The notes under the pieces: model-generated
The model's input: the letters and a program-made list of their open reading frames with translations, nothing else
What the model was told of the DNA's origin: nothing
Databases searched by the model: none
Translations under genes and position numbers: made by a program
In this document: in pieces, positions 1 to 10,925 of the stretch
Position numbering within the stretch: the stretch's first letter is position 1
Layout of the letters: each line of letters starts with the position of its first letter
Source: Mobula hypostoma
Lineage: Eukaryota
Assembly (NCBI RefSeq): GCF_963921235.1
Contig: NC_086097.1
Coordinates: 182,096,001-182,160,000 of the forward strand
DNA length: 64,000 bases
Reading direction: 5' to 3'

Positions 1-59
1 GGCATAAAAATCCCAACAAGAAATGTCGTCAGTTTGTGGCAAAAAAAAGAATTTATTGG

Positions 60-930
60 ATTAAAGTAAAACTTGGAACTTGACAAGTGTAAAGTGGTTC
101 TTTTTGGGGAGTAAAACTAGTGCAGGACTTAAACAGTAAATGCCAGGCTCCTGGGACGTGGTGTCAAACAGGGAGACCTTGGGATACAAGTGCATAGTTT
201 CCTGAAAGTGGCAACACAAGTAGAGTGGTGAATAGGGCATTTGTAATGCATACTTTCAGTGGTGATGCCATTGAGTACGGAAGTTAGGATGACATGTCAC
301 CTTTGTTGCCAAGACCATACTTGGAATATTAAGCGTTTCGGCCCAAACGTCAACTGTACTTTTTTCCATAGATGCGCCTGGCCTGCTGAATTCCTTCAGC
401 ATTTTGTGTGCGTTACTTGGAATATTGTGACAGTTTTGGTCACCTGCCTACAGGAAGAATGCTGGAAAGGGTGTTGATAAGATTCATGGCGATGTTTCTG
501 AGACTAGAGGGCTTGAATTAAGAGGAGAGACTGGATTGGCTGATTTTTTTCCTCTTGGATTATAGGAGGCTAAAGGGTGTCCTTACAGAGGTACGTAAAA
601 TCATGAAAGGCATAAAAGATTGTCACAGTCTTTTCCCCCAGGGGAGGGTAATCTAAAACGAGAGGGCATAGGTTTTAGAAGAGAAGGGAAATATATAAAG
701 GGGAATGGAGGGTCAATTTTTTCATACAGTATTGGATATATGGAAAGAGCTGCCAGAGGAAATTGTAGTAGTGGTTTAAATTACGACAGTTAAAGCACAT
801 TTAAACATATATATGTATAGGAAACGTTTAGGAGGATATGGGCCAAATGTAGGCAAATGGGATTAGCGCAGGTTGGCAGCTTGGATGAGTTGGGTAGAAG
901 GGCCTGTTTCTGTGCTGACTCTGTGATTCT
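60..930 (+). mobile_element. Decayed CR1/HER1-like LINE 3' portion
   Basis: Remnant DKCKVV.FG and RPYLEY motifs. CR1-type 3' end gggcctgtttctgtgctgactctgtgattct. Confidence 0.8.
331..413 (+). mobile_element. Penelope-tail fragment inserted in CR1, 13-bp TSD
   Basis: TACTTGGAATATT at 318-330 and 414-426. The insert matches the tail at 8280-8360. Confidence 0.7.
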
Positions 931-1463
931 AAAGTGACAGAGAAATTAAAAAAAAATCCTGCTCAGCCTCTGCTGCTCACCGTCTATATCAGTGATTTTC
1001 ATAATAGCATCAGGCATCATTTTTCCAGAATTTTAGTCCGAAATGCCGATTGTCCATTTCTCTCCACAAGTGCCGCCTGACCTGCTGAGTTCCTACAGCT
1101 TATTGTGTGTTGTTGTAATGTATAATACAAAACACAGGTAACTTGGGTTTGGGCCTGAACTTGGATGTTGTGTAGAGTTTGCATGTTCTCTCTATGACCC
1201 TGTAGGTTTTCTCTGGGAACTGGGGGAAAATAAGTCACAGGGGAAGTGAATGGGGGAGTGGGATTGCTCTGTAATGCACAGTATGTTATGAAGAAATGTG
1301 GGATTGAATTGAATTGACTTTATTTCTTACATCCTTCACATACGTGAGGAGGATGAGGTGAGCTTCATGTTTGCATTCATCATCAGTCCAGTCTGGGTGG
1401 CTCTTGCTGTTCAGGCTTTCCTTGAGAATGCTCTGTAAGGATTGTGGTGAATTGAGGCAAGTA

Positions 1464-1541
1464 CAATACTGTGCAAAAGTCTTCGGCACCCTAGCTAGCT
1501 AAATATATAGCTAGGGTGCCTAAGACTTTTGCATAGTCCAG
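1464..1541. mobile_element. Tiny palindromic Tc1-like MITE
   Basis: Inverted arms actgtgcaaaagtcttcggcaccctagcta / tagctagggtgcctaagacttttgcatagt. TA at the left end. Confidence 0.7.
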
Positions 1542-1936
1542 GAGTAATTTTATGTATTGAACTGTACTGCTGCCACAATAAAAATAACAGATTTCATGAC
1601 TTATGTGAGCGATGATAAACCTGATAATGGGCCTCTATTGTGGACTGAGAGTGGGAAGGGGGACGAGAGAGGGGAATCATGGTTGGGAAAAGGAGAAGGG
1701 AGGGAGCACCAGGCAGGCATTTTGGTAGGATCAATAAATGAATTGTTTGGAATCACATGACCCTGCCTGATGTTTCAGGGCTGGGTGTATCTGCATCTGA
1801 ACCACCCCATGCCTTTGGCACTCCTTCTCTGCAACCTGTTCCAAATCCCTCCTGTGGTGATCCACCCTCATTATTCCCAACATCCTTTGCTCCCGCCAGA
1901 TTTACAACCTCGCTCACCACTTCACATTGATAAATA

Positions 1937-2003
1937 CAGTAGCGTGCAAAAGTATTAGGCACCCTAGCTACGTATATGTGCCTTAGACTTTTGCACTATA
2001 CTG
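1937..2003. mobile_element. Second tiny palindromic Tc1-like MITE
   Basis: TA|CAGTAGCGTGCAAAAGT...ACTTTTGCACTATACTG|TA; same family as 1464-1541. Confidence 0.72.
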
Positions 2004-2097
2004 TAGCTTTGAGGAAGGAGCCTGGCTCATGTGTCAATTGGCAAGTCTTGTCTAATTGTGTTTGGGTTAGTTTCATTTTATAGAATTCCATTCAGGT

Positions 2098-2510
2098 TCA
2101 GAATCAACAGAGTCAACAAACTTATTCGTAAGGCCAGTGATGCTGTGGGGATGGAACTGGACTCTCTCATGGTGGTGTCTGAAAAGAGGAGGCTGTCTAA
2201 GTTGCATGCCATCTTGGTCAATGTCTCCCATCCCCTACATAAGGTACTGGGTGGGCACAGGAGTACGTTCAGCCAGAGACTCATTCCACTGAGAGCAGCA
2301 CAGAGTGTCATAGGAAGTCATTCCTGCCTGGAGGGTCAGACACCCTGAGCCAATAGGCTGGCCCTGGACTTATTTCATAATTTACTGGTATAACTTACAC
2401 ATTACTATTTAACTATTTATAGTTCTATTACTATTTATTATTTATGGTGCAACTGTAACGAAAACCAATTTCCCCTGGGATCAATAAAGTATGACTATAC
2501 TATACTATAC
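2098..2510 (+). mobile_element. Rex1/Babar-like LINE 3' end
   Basis: NKLIRKAS..GMELDSL...RRLSKLHAI..NVSHPLH C-terminal motif, then AATAAA and a (ctata)n tail. Confidence 0.8.
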
Positions 2511-3092
2511 AGTAGTTGCAGCATAAACAATATGATTTGTGAGGTGTTTGAACTATATAAATACTGTTTGAAAAACATTAAGCACCTCAACCTCACCCTG
2601 CCTCACGATTATTCCTTCTGTTTGATCCATTATCCAGTAATGGATGAGCACAACTTTCCTTCAGAAAAATGGATAAAAATTTGAAAATGTCAACAATCCA
2701 ATGACTCTTTCCTTTTCCTGGTTGCTTTCGCATGCTGAATAAGACAGTTTGCACACCCTGCTTCACACCTTTGCCAGTTTTAGATTTGGTGCCAATCTTG
2801 CCAGCAGAATGCAGCTTTTGTAAACTTGGGCTCGTCTAAAACTCTGCTGTAGTTTCCTCATTCAGGCTAAACCGGTTCACTCTTGTTTCCAGAAATGTAT
2901 TTGTTTGGATGGATAGTGCACTCAGGTCCCAAATCCCTCCAAATGGTTTAATTTCCAATGAGCAATGGCAGAACTTACTATCCAGTAATGCCTTGTGTTT
3001 CCTTGTACTTATTGGGATCTCCTGGACATTTTCATCAACCAACCAGTCCGCAGTGGAAAAACCAAGTCTCTTCACATGTAATTGTGAAGGAC

Positions 3093-3277
3093 AACACACA
3101 CAAAATGCTGGAGGAACTCAGCAGGCCAGGCAGGGTCTATGGAAAAAAGTACAGTTGACTTTTGGGCCAAAATCTCGATTGTACTTTTTTCCAGAGATGC
3201 TGCCTGGCCTACTGAGCTCCTCCAACATTTTGTGTGTGTTGCTCAGATTTCCAGCATTTGCCGATTTTTCTCTTGTT
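3093..3277. mobile_element. Inverted (head-to-head) Penelope-tail insertion, 16-bp TSD
   Basis: TGTAATTGTGAAGGAC at 3077-3092 and 3278-3293. Internal arms of about 70 bp are inverted. Confidence 0.85.
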
Positions 3278-3689
3278 TGTAATTGTGAAGGACCTCAGGG
3301 CGGTCCAGACACTGTAGACACATGGACCTCTGTAGGTTGGGAGTTATTACGTTGCTGAGACTATTGAGACTATTAAGGAAAGGCATCAACCAATGCTTCA
3401 ACATTGTTTTCAGATTTTTTTCCCTGCTCTAACACTACACTTCACTTCAAACAAGTCTTTTCACTGGAGTGGGACTAATCTAGAGTGGAAATTGTCCTCA
3501 TTCCTGAAAAAAGTGCTCCACCATTCAATCATGGCTCTTTTTAATGCAACTCTATTTTCCTGCCTTCTCCCCATAGACCTTTAACCCACTTGCAATTAAG
3601 GTCTCAAACCGACAGGAAGCCTGTGATTTACCAGACAGTTGTGAACCCTGCTCTCTTGTATGTTCCTCTCACCTGCAGATTGGGGTTAT

Positions 3690-4195
3690 TATCACTGATT
3701 TATGTGATATGAAATTTGTTGTTTTGTGGCAGCAGTACAGTAGAAGGATAAAATTACTGTAAGTTACAAAAATATGTAAATAATGCAACAAGTTGGGGTC
3801 ATGTTTATGGGTTCATGAACAATTCCATGAATCTGATAACAGAGAGAAAGAAACTGCATTGGAATTGTGTGTGTGGATCTTCAGGCTCCTGTGCCTCCTC
3901 CCTGATGGTGGTAACAAGAAGAGGGTATGTCTTGAATAATGTGAGTCCTTAGTGATGGATGCTGCCTTCTTGAGGCACCGCGTCTTGAAGATGACCTTGA
4001 TGGTTGGGTAGGATGTGCCCGCGATGAGACTGGCTGAGTCTACAACCTTCTGCAACCTTTTGCAATCCTTCATATCAGACTGTGTTGCAACCAGTCTGGT
4101 TTCCAACGAGCAGTGCTCTCCACTGTACATCTGTAGAAATTTACAAGATTTGGCGACATACCAAATCTCCTCAAACTCCTAACAAAGTAGATCTG
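3690..4195 (-). mobile_element. Rex1/Babar-like LINE 3' end
   Basis: ORF 3813-4130: RLQKVVDSAS...RCLKKAASITKDSH...LFLLPPSGRR. Confidence 0.8.
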
Positions 4196-6044
4196 CAATC
4201 ATTCATTCTTTATTTTAGAGAGATAAGTAAGTACTGTTTCCATTAGATCCCCCAAACGCACTGGCAGGATAAGTAAACCACTGTCAATTGCCTTTCCCCA
4301 GGCCAGCAACCCCAGCACTGAGACCCTAATTGCAGTCAAATTGGCTTCATTGGGCAAGCCATGTCATCTGTATGTCTCTCGGCTAATACTTAAAATGTAC
4401 TGAGGGAAAAGAAATTGCCCCATCTCTATCTTAAATGGGTATCTAGGGTTTAGATTCTTCCACAAGGAAGCACACCCTCCACATTCACCCCATCAAAGCA
4501 CCTTGAGTGCTTGGCAGGGTAGGTGTAGAGCAGATGTCTCCTGATCACTGGATTGAAATCTTGGACTCCTCACTGTGGTACTGTGGGAGGATTTTCATGA
4601 GGACAACTGGAGGAGATGGAAGAGCAATCCCCAGCTCAGTTAGGAAGGATTAACAAATGTTGGCTTTAGAGAGGCACTCACTTCCCATCAAAAAATCTGA
4701 TTCAAAAGAAATCACAAAACATTGTTTTCAGAAGTAAATGCATTTGGTTTTCTATTTTCAATCAGCTACATGTTGGAGAAGTGTAATGCATGAGTAGCAC
4801 TTAAGGGTTTTTGTAGACTATGAGTGGGTAAAATGGCTCATATTGTAGCAATATGCAAGCTTCCATTTGTGGCAACGCCTCTGCCTGCTGCTGAATCTGA
4901 ACATGCCCAGCCTCTGTTTCCAGGCTCCTTCTGGTTCTACAAACCAGGCAACTGTCTGAATCATGCTTTGCAACTGCTGGAAGGCAGCAAAATACAATTT
5001 TAAAGAATGAAATATCTGATTAAAGGTTCAGCAAAGCAGTAGAACTGAAAAGTATTGTGTGGAAGTCTCTTTCATGATGGGAGGAGAGATTTCAACACTT
5101 ACCCATTTGTTTAGTTTGTTGTGCTGCTATTAAATTAGACAAATGCCAGAGCAATGAATCGGTGTGGCACTGGTGAATTTGCCTCTGTGCTGGGTCCTGC
5201 TACTGATGCTTTGCATAGCATCTCCTCATCAATGGAACATTCTGGTCAAGAATGTACTGCTCTGTTTCATCAGCTGCTGAATGCTAATCTTTTCTCTTTT
5301 TTTAGTTTACTCCTTGGAACTTGGAGTGACCACACTGGTGCTTTTGTCATTTATTCAGGACTTCAGCAGGGTTGGTACATTTCCATGAGTCTTTTAGTGG
5401 TTTGTGTTTATTTTTGTGAGGGCCTTCCAAAATTTTTTGAATTCCATTAACAACATAAGAAACAGGAGCAGGAGGAGACAATTCGACCCATAGTGCCTGC
5501 TACTCCTTTCAATGAAATCCAGGTAGTGGTGTGTAATTATAAAAAGGACAGCTAAGCTTAGCAAAGGTGAATACAAAAATATTTGATTATAGTCAGACAA
5601 GGTATTTAAAAAGAAGTGGATGTAATTTTGGAAGATTAGTGAATCAAGGCAATGGAGCTGGTTCAGAAGAGCAGATGAAGTCAAGGTGTAGATTAGCCAT
5701 GATTGCACCGCAATGCCTGGTGGCCTACTTCTGTTCCTATTTTCTGGTGTTCTTATGCTAACTGGATGCACTCTCACCAGCACTTCTTGCAGATTCTCCT
5801 CCAAGTTATATATTATCCTTACTTGGAAAATATCACTGTACCTACATTGTTGCTGGGACCCCTTCCCAACAGCACTGTGTGAGAATCTTCACGTGCACTG
5901 CAGTGGTTCACGGAAGTGGGATATCGCTACCATCTTCTAAAGAAAAAAAAATTAGCAATAAATGCTGTTTTTTCCCCCAGCGGCAAGATCAGAGTAAATA
6001 AACTCCTGTAAGGGATCCTACAATAAAGTCCTGTCACTGGGATG

Positions 6045-6320
6045 TTTATTTTTATTTATTTATACAGTGTGGAATAGGCCCTTCTGGCCCTTTGACCTAT
6101 GCTGCCTGGCAACCCCGACTTAACCCTAAATCAATCACAGGGCAATTTACTGTGACCTATTAAACTACTCACATCTTTGGACTGTGGGAGGAAACTGGAG
6201 CAAACCCATACATTCCATAGGGAGGATGTGCAGAGACTTCTTACAGAGGACACTGGCATTGAACTCCAAAGCTCTGAGCTGTAATAGAGTGGTGCTAACC
6301 ACTATGCTACCGTGGCACCC
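6045..6320 (-). mobile_element. HE1-like tRNA-derived V-SINE
   Basis: On minus strand: A-box-like TAGCATAGTGG, B-box-like GAGTTCAATGCC, V-domain GCTCCAGTTTCCTCCCACAGTCCAAAGA, CR1-like tail. Confidence 0.75.
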
Positions 6321-6645
6321 AACTACCACAGTCATCTTACCACATGCAAGATGTGAGCCCACCTTTAGGCATATAATCCCCTTGATATTGGCTTTTGGCA
6401 GTCTGATTATTGAGCCTCAATCTGCTCTTGGAATTCAACAGGTTGAAGAACATCTTTAAGGAAGGGGTGAATTGTTGATGTTTTACTTCAAAATCCCATG
6501 TTAGGACATTGAGTCAGGGTTTCAACCTGAAATGTTGACCATTCTTTTCCATCCCACTGATGCTGCTCGATCTGCTGAGTTCTTCCAACAGGGTGTGTGT
6601 TGTTCCAGAATCCAGCACCTGCAATATCTGTATTGATGCTCTCTT

Positions 6646-6975
6646 AGCACTGGGATACAGTTCTGGTGTGGACGGGTCTGTCACTGTATAACAATGGGTA
6701 CAGTACTGGTGAGGATGGGTTTGTTGCTGTATATATAACACCAGGATACAGTACCAGTGAGGATGGGTCTGTCACTGTGTAACACCGAGGTATGATACCA
6801 GTGGGGACAGATCTGTCACTATATAACACTGGGGTACAGTACTGGTGGGAAAGGATGTGTCATGTATAACACTCGGATGCAATACCAGTAGGAAATGTTA
6901 CGCTGGGGTTCCATACTCGTGGGGATGGGTCTGTCAGTATATAACACAGGGATGAAGTACTGGTGGAGGTATGCT
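6646..6975. repeat. Degenerate ~44-bp minisatellite, about 7 copies
   Basis: Unit approximately tctgtcactgtataacactggggtacagtactggtggggatggg. tctgtcact recurs at 6768 and 6812. Confidence 0.8.
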
Positions 6976-7289
6976 ATTGTATAGGTCTGTCCTTGTGTTA
7001 CATAGGGTGCTGTACTGATTTAATATAGTTTATAGTGCAAAGACTGTCAACTACTATCGTGTGTGTATGTGTGTGTGTGTGAGACCTTCTGATTGATAAG
7101 GTTACTGCTGTATGTTTACTGGAGTATTGCACCAGTTTAGCTGGAATCACTAAACTGACAGCACACAGCAACAAGTATTGTTGCTGGCTAATCTGTCTGT
7201 AATCCACAGTCTTCAATCACCAGTGTGTAGGATTAACAGAGCAAGCTGAGGTTTGCAGCACCAACTCACCAAACTCTGCTCTCAAACGC

Positions 7290-8393
7290 ATCTCTCCCAT
7301 TTCACGCACATCTGCTCTCACCCCATCCTCCCGCCACCTCACTAGGAGTAGGGTTCCCCTTGTCCTAACCTACCACCCCACCAGCCTCCGGGTCCAACAT
7401 ATAATCCTCCGTAACTTCCGCCACCTCCAACGGGATCCTGCCACCAAGCACTTCTCCCCGCGCCCCCCCCCCCCGCTTTCCGCAGGGATCGCTCCCTATG
7501 CGACTCCCTTGTCCATTTGTCTGCCCCATCCCTTCCCACCGATCTCCCTCCTGGCACTTATCCTTGTAAGTGGAACAAGTGCCACACATGCCCTTGCACT
7601 TATCCCTCACCACCATTCAGGGCCCCAGACAGTCCTTCCAGGTGAGGCGACACTTCACCTGTGAGTCGGCTGGGGTGATATACTGCGTCCAGTGCTCCCG
7701 ATGCGGCCTTCTATATATTGGTGAGACCCGACGCAGGCTGAGAGACCATTTCGCCGAACACCTACACTCTGTCTGCCAGAGAAAGCAAGATCTCCCAGTG
7801 GCCACACATTTTAATTCCACGTTCCATTCCCATTCTGATATGTCTATCCATGGCCTCCTCTACTGTCAAGATGAAGCCACACTCAAATTGGAGGAACCAC
7901 ACCTTATATTCCGTCTGAGTAGCCTCCAACCTGATGGCATGAATATTGACCTCTAACTTCCGTTAATGCCCCTCCTCCTCTCCCCTTCACACCCCAACCC
8001 TTATTTATTTATTTAATATATTTTTAAATGTGTTTTTATCCCCCCCTTTTTCTCTCTCTCTTTTTTCTCCCTCTGTCCCTCTCACTATAACTCCTTGCCT
8101 GTTCTCCACCCTCTGGGCTCCCCTCCCCCCTTCTCTTTCTTCCCAGGCTTCCCATCCCATGATCCTCTTCCTGTTCCAGCTCTTAGATCCACCCCTCTCC
8201 TCCTATCATTTCGGATCTCCCCCTCCCACTTTCAAATCTCTTACTATCTCTTCTATCAGTTAGTCCTGACGAAGGATCCCGGCCCGAAACGTCGACTGTA
8301 CGTCTCCCTATTGATGCTGCCTGGCCTGTTGCATTCACCAGCATTTTTTGTGTGTGTTGCTTGAATTTCCAGCATCTGCAGCTTTCCTCGTGT
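7290..8393 (+). mobile_element. 5'-truncated Penelope-like element: GIY-YIG endonuclease, pyrimidine-rich spacer and hammerhead-bearing tail
   Basis: ORF 7570-7956 GVIYCVQCSRCGLLYIGETRRRLRDHFAEH...PVATHFNS...QPDGMN. Upstream linker VPLVLTYHP. Confidence 0.9.
8262..8297 (+). ncRNA. Minimal type I hammerhead ribozyme motif (PLE-associated)
   Basis: AGTC-CTGACGA-A-GGATCCCGGCCC-GAAAC-GTC^GACT. Stem I is AGTC/GACT, core boxes are intact, stem III is the palindrome ACGT, and the cleavage triplet is GUC. Confidence 0.75.
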
Positions 8394-8707
8394 CTGCACC
8401 AAACTTCAGCATCTTTCAGACTGAATTGTAGTGGCAATGTATACGTACTTTGATAATAAATTTCCTTTGAACTTTGGTTGCAGAGGTGGAATGTCCCAGC
8501 TGTGAACCAGCACTCCCAAAGCCCAGGTTGTTGGTGTGTTTTCTGTAGAAGATTCGGGGGTGGGGGTGGGGGCTCTGGATGGGGCCATTACTAGCACTGT
8601 TATCTCGATGGCTAAATCTGAAATCAAAGCATTACAACTTGTTTTAGGCAAATGATTCTAACACAAAAGTGCGTAGGTGTGGGTGTGAAGATAGGTGACC
8701 TGGACAC

Positions 8708-9750
8708 CAACATTCCCTCTGATTTTTAGTAGTCAGTGTGCGTAAAAATCTTATGTTGTGCAAATTTTCTTCCTGTGACAAAAGTATGTGCGCACTGAAT
8801 GCACACTTGGCACAGTTTATGTAGGTTTACAAAATATTTGACATAAAAATGCACAGAATAACAACAAAATAACATACATATTTAAGTTACTCAGTTATTT
8901 TTTCTCTCTCCTGTCTTTGGCATTTACCCAATCTTTATCTAGACTAATAAAACTTCCATCCAATTGATAGCCTTTTATTCTCATTAACATATCGAAATGG
9001 CATTCACCATAACGGTTTCTCAGCTTGTTTTTGACTTGATTCATTAGGCAAAAACTTCGCTCACAGTCCACACTAGACGCAAGAAAGATTTCCCTAATGT
9101 GCATCAATTGTGCAAGGTCACAAAACAGTTCATCTTGAAGTACAAATGCCACCATTTGAGCAAAGTTTGAAATCAGTTTGGATTTATTTTTTTCTTGCAT
9201 GGAAAATTTGAAATCATTAAACTGTCTAACTATTACAGAATTTTCAGCTAGAAAATCATGATATTTCAGACATAAGGCATTAACTTGTTCATCGCCAAAT
9301 GTGAAGTCACAATCTGCAATTGTGGAGAAATCAAAAACTGACCAATATTGTACCTCATCTTCAAGAAATCTTTCTTCTAAATGAACACAAAGGCTATTTA
9401 TAAAAGTTAACAGCGAACTTGTATCTACTGTGACGTTTTCTTCACGTTGTTGGCTTAGCAAAACTTTAACTTTGTCACTCCATGAAACATTGTCTCCCAG
9501 ATACCGCTTTCTTATCTTGTTAATTTTGAAGTGTGAAGTGATGCAGTTTTACAAACCGGAACAGGAAAGGTGAGGTGATGTAAATTAGTGACGTGCATTG
9601 TGGTATTTGAAAAACCGACTAACTAGTTAACAGAAGCATTTAGCTAAAAGATTATTTTCAATAAGTATAATTATTATTTTAGGTAACTAACCTTTTGTGC
9701 GCTGGTTGAAAAACGTGTGTGCGCACGCACACAGCTTAGAGGGAACATAG
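8708..9750 (-). mobile_element. Internally deleted hAT transposon with exact 8-bp TSD
   Basis: TSD CTGGACAC at 8700-8707 and 9751-9758. TIRs CAACATTCCCTCT / AGAGGGAACATAG. ORF 8895-9461 has the hAT C-terminal motif ASSVDCERSF.LMNQVKNKLRNR. Confidence 0.9.
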
Positions 9751-10124
9751 CTGGACACCCCTGTTGCATGATATTGGTTCCTATCATGAGTGCATGCTTG
9801 GTTTGATGTGTTTCCCACTGAATGGTTCTTAAACAAAATTGTGCTGACACCCTGCTGGGTGCTTCAAGACAACTGTTTTTCATTTAGCACAATTAAAAGA
9901 TGCCTTACCACATCTCACTGAAACATGCACATAGAACAATTTGTCATTCACAATGCTCTAATTGTGTACTTTTGGGTTGTGTCTTCAGTTTTCATCCTTT
10001 TCCTCTTACTGGTGTGATGGTCCAGTTTGCTTGCCATCAGTTCCAGTTTTTCCCTGTCATTTCACAAAATATTTCTGCCTTCCCATTATGTGTTGTGGCA
10101 GGATTCAAATTTTACTGATGTTCT

Positions 10125-10580
10125 AATAATCACCAACATCATCAGGGACAGCCCACCACCCAGGTCATGATTTCTCCTTCCTCTGCCTTCAGGAAGAAGA
10201 TGCAGGAGCCTCAAGACTCACACCGCCAGGTTCAGGAACTATTTTTACCCCTCAACCATCAGGCTCTTGAACATACCTTCACTGAACTCCCCCCGTTACT
10301 GAACTGTTTATCGACTCACTTTCAAGGGCTCTTCATCTCATGTTCTTGATATTTATTGATTATTTATTTGTCATTAATATTTATTTTTTCTTTTATATTT
10401 GCACAGTTTGTTGTCTTTTGTACATTGGTTGGTTGTCTGTCCTGTTAGGTGCAGTCTTTCATTGATTCTCTTATGTTTCTTGGATTTGCAGGGTATCCCC
10501 ACAAGAAAATGAATGTCAGGGTTGTACATGGTGATATATATGTACTTTGAAAATAAATTTTCTTTACTTTGAACTTTGAA
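10125..10580 (+). mobile_element. Rex1/Babar-like LINE 3' end
   Basis: PSGRRCRSLKTHTARFRNYFYPSTIRLLN remnant, then an aaataaa...(actttga)n tail. Confidence 0.75.
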
Positions 10581-10782
10581 TCCTGCTAGACTAGTAATTA
10601 AGTTCAAATGTGCCATCTGAATTTGCAAATTTTAATTTAATAAATACAGTTAAATAAAATGAGCTCTTGAAGCTTGAAGCTGTTGGATTGTGTTAAAATC
10701 TCAGCTGGTTTAAAAATGTCCTTAAAGCAGGAAACCCTTCCTCTTTTACTCGGTCTGGTGAACACGTCATGCAACAGCAATG

Positions 10783-10925
10783 CCCAATAAATGCTGGAGG
10801 AACTCAGCAGGTCAGGCAGCGTCATTGGAGAGAAATGGAAAGTCAAAGTTTTGGTCCGAGACCTTTCCATCAGGGCTGGATTTGAGCAGTCAACATTTTG
10901 GGCCAAGACCCTTCGTCAGGATTGT
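10783..10925 (-). mobile_element. Penelope-tail fragment with two tandem degenerate hammerhead motifs
   Basis: Minus strand reads CTGACGAAGGGTCTTGGCCCAAAATGTTGACT followed by CTGATGGAAAGGTCTCGGACCAAAACTTTGACT. Confidence 0.7.

Noticed and set aside
6270..6320. tRNA gene
   Set aside because: The A/B boxes belong to a V-SINE head and there is no complete cloverleaf.
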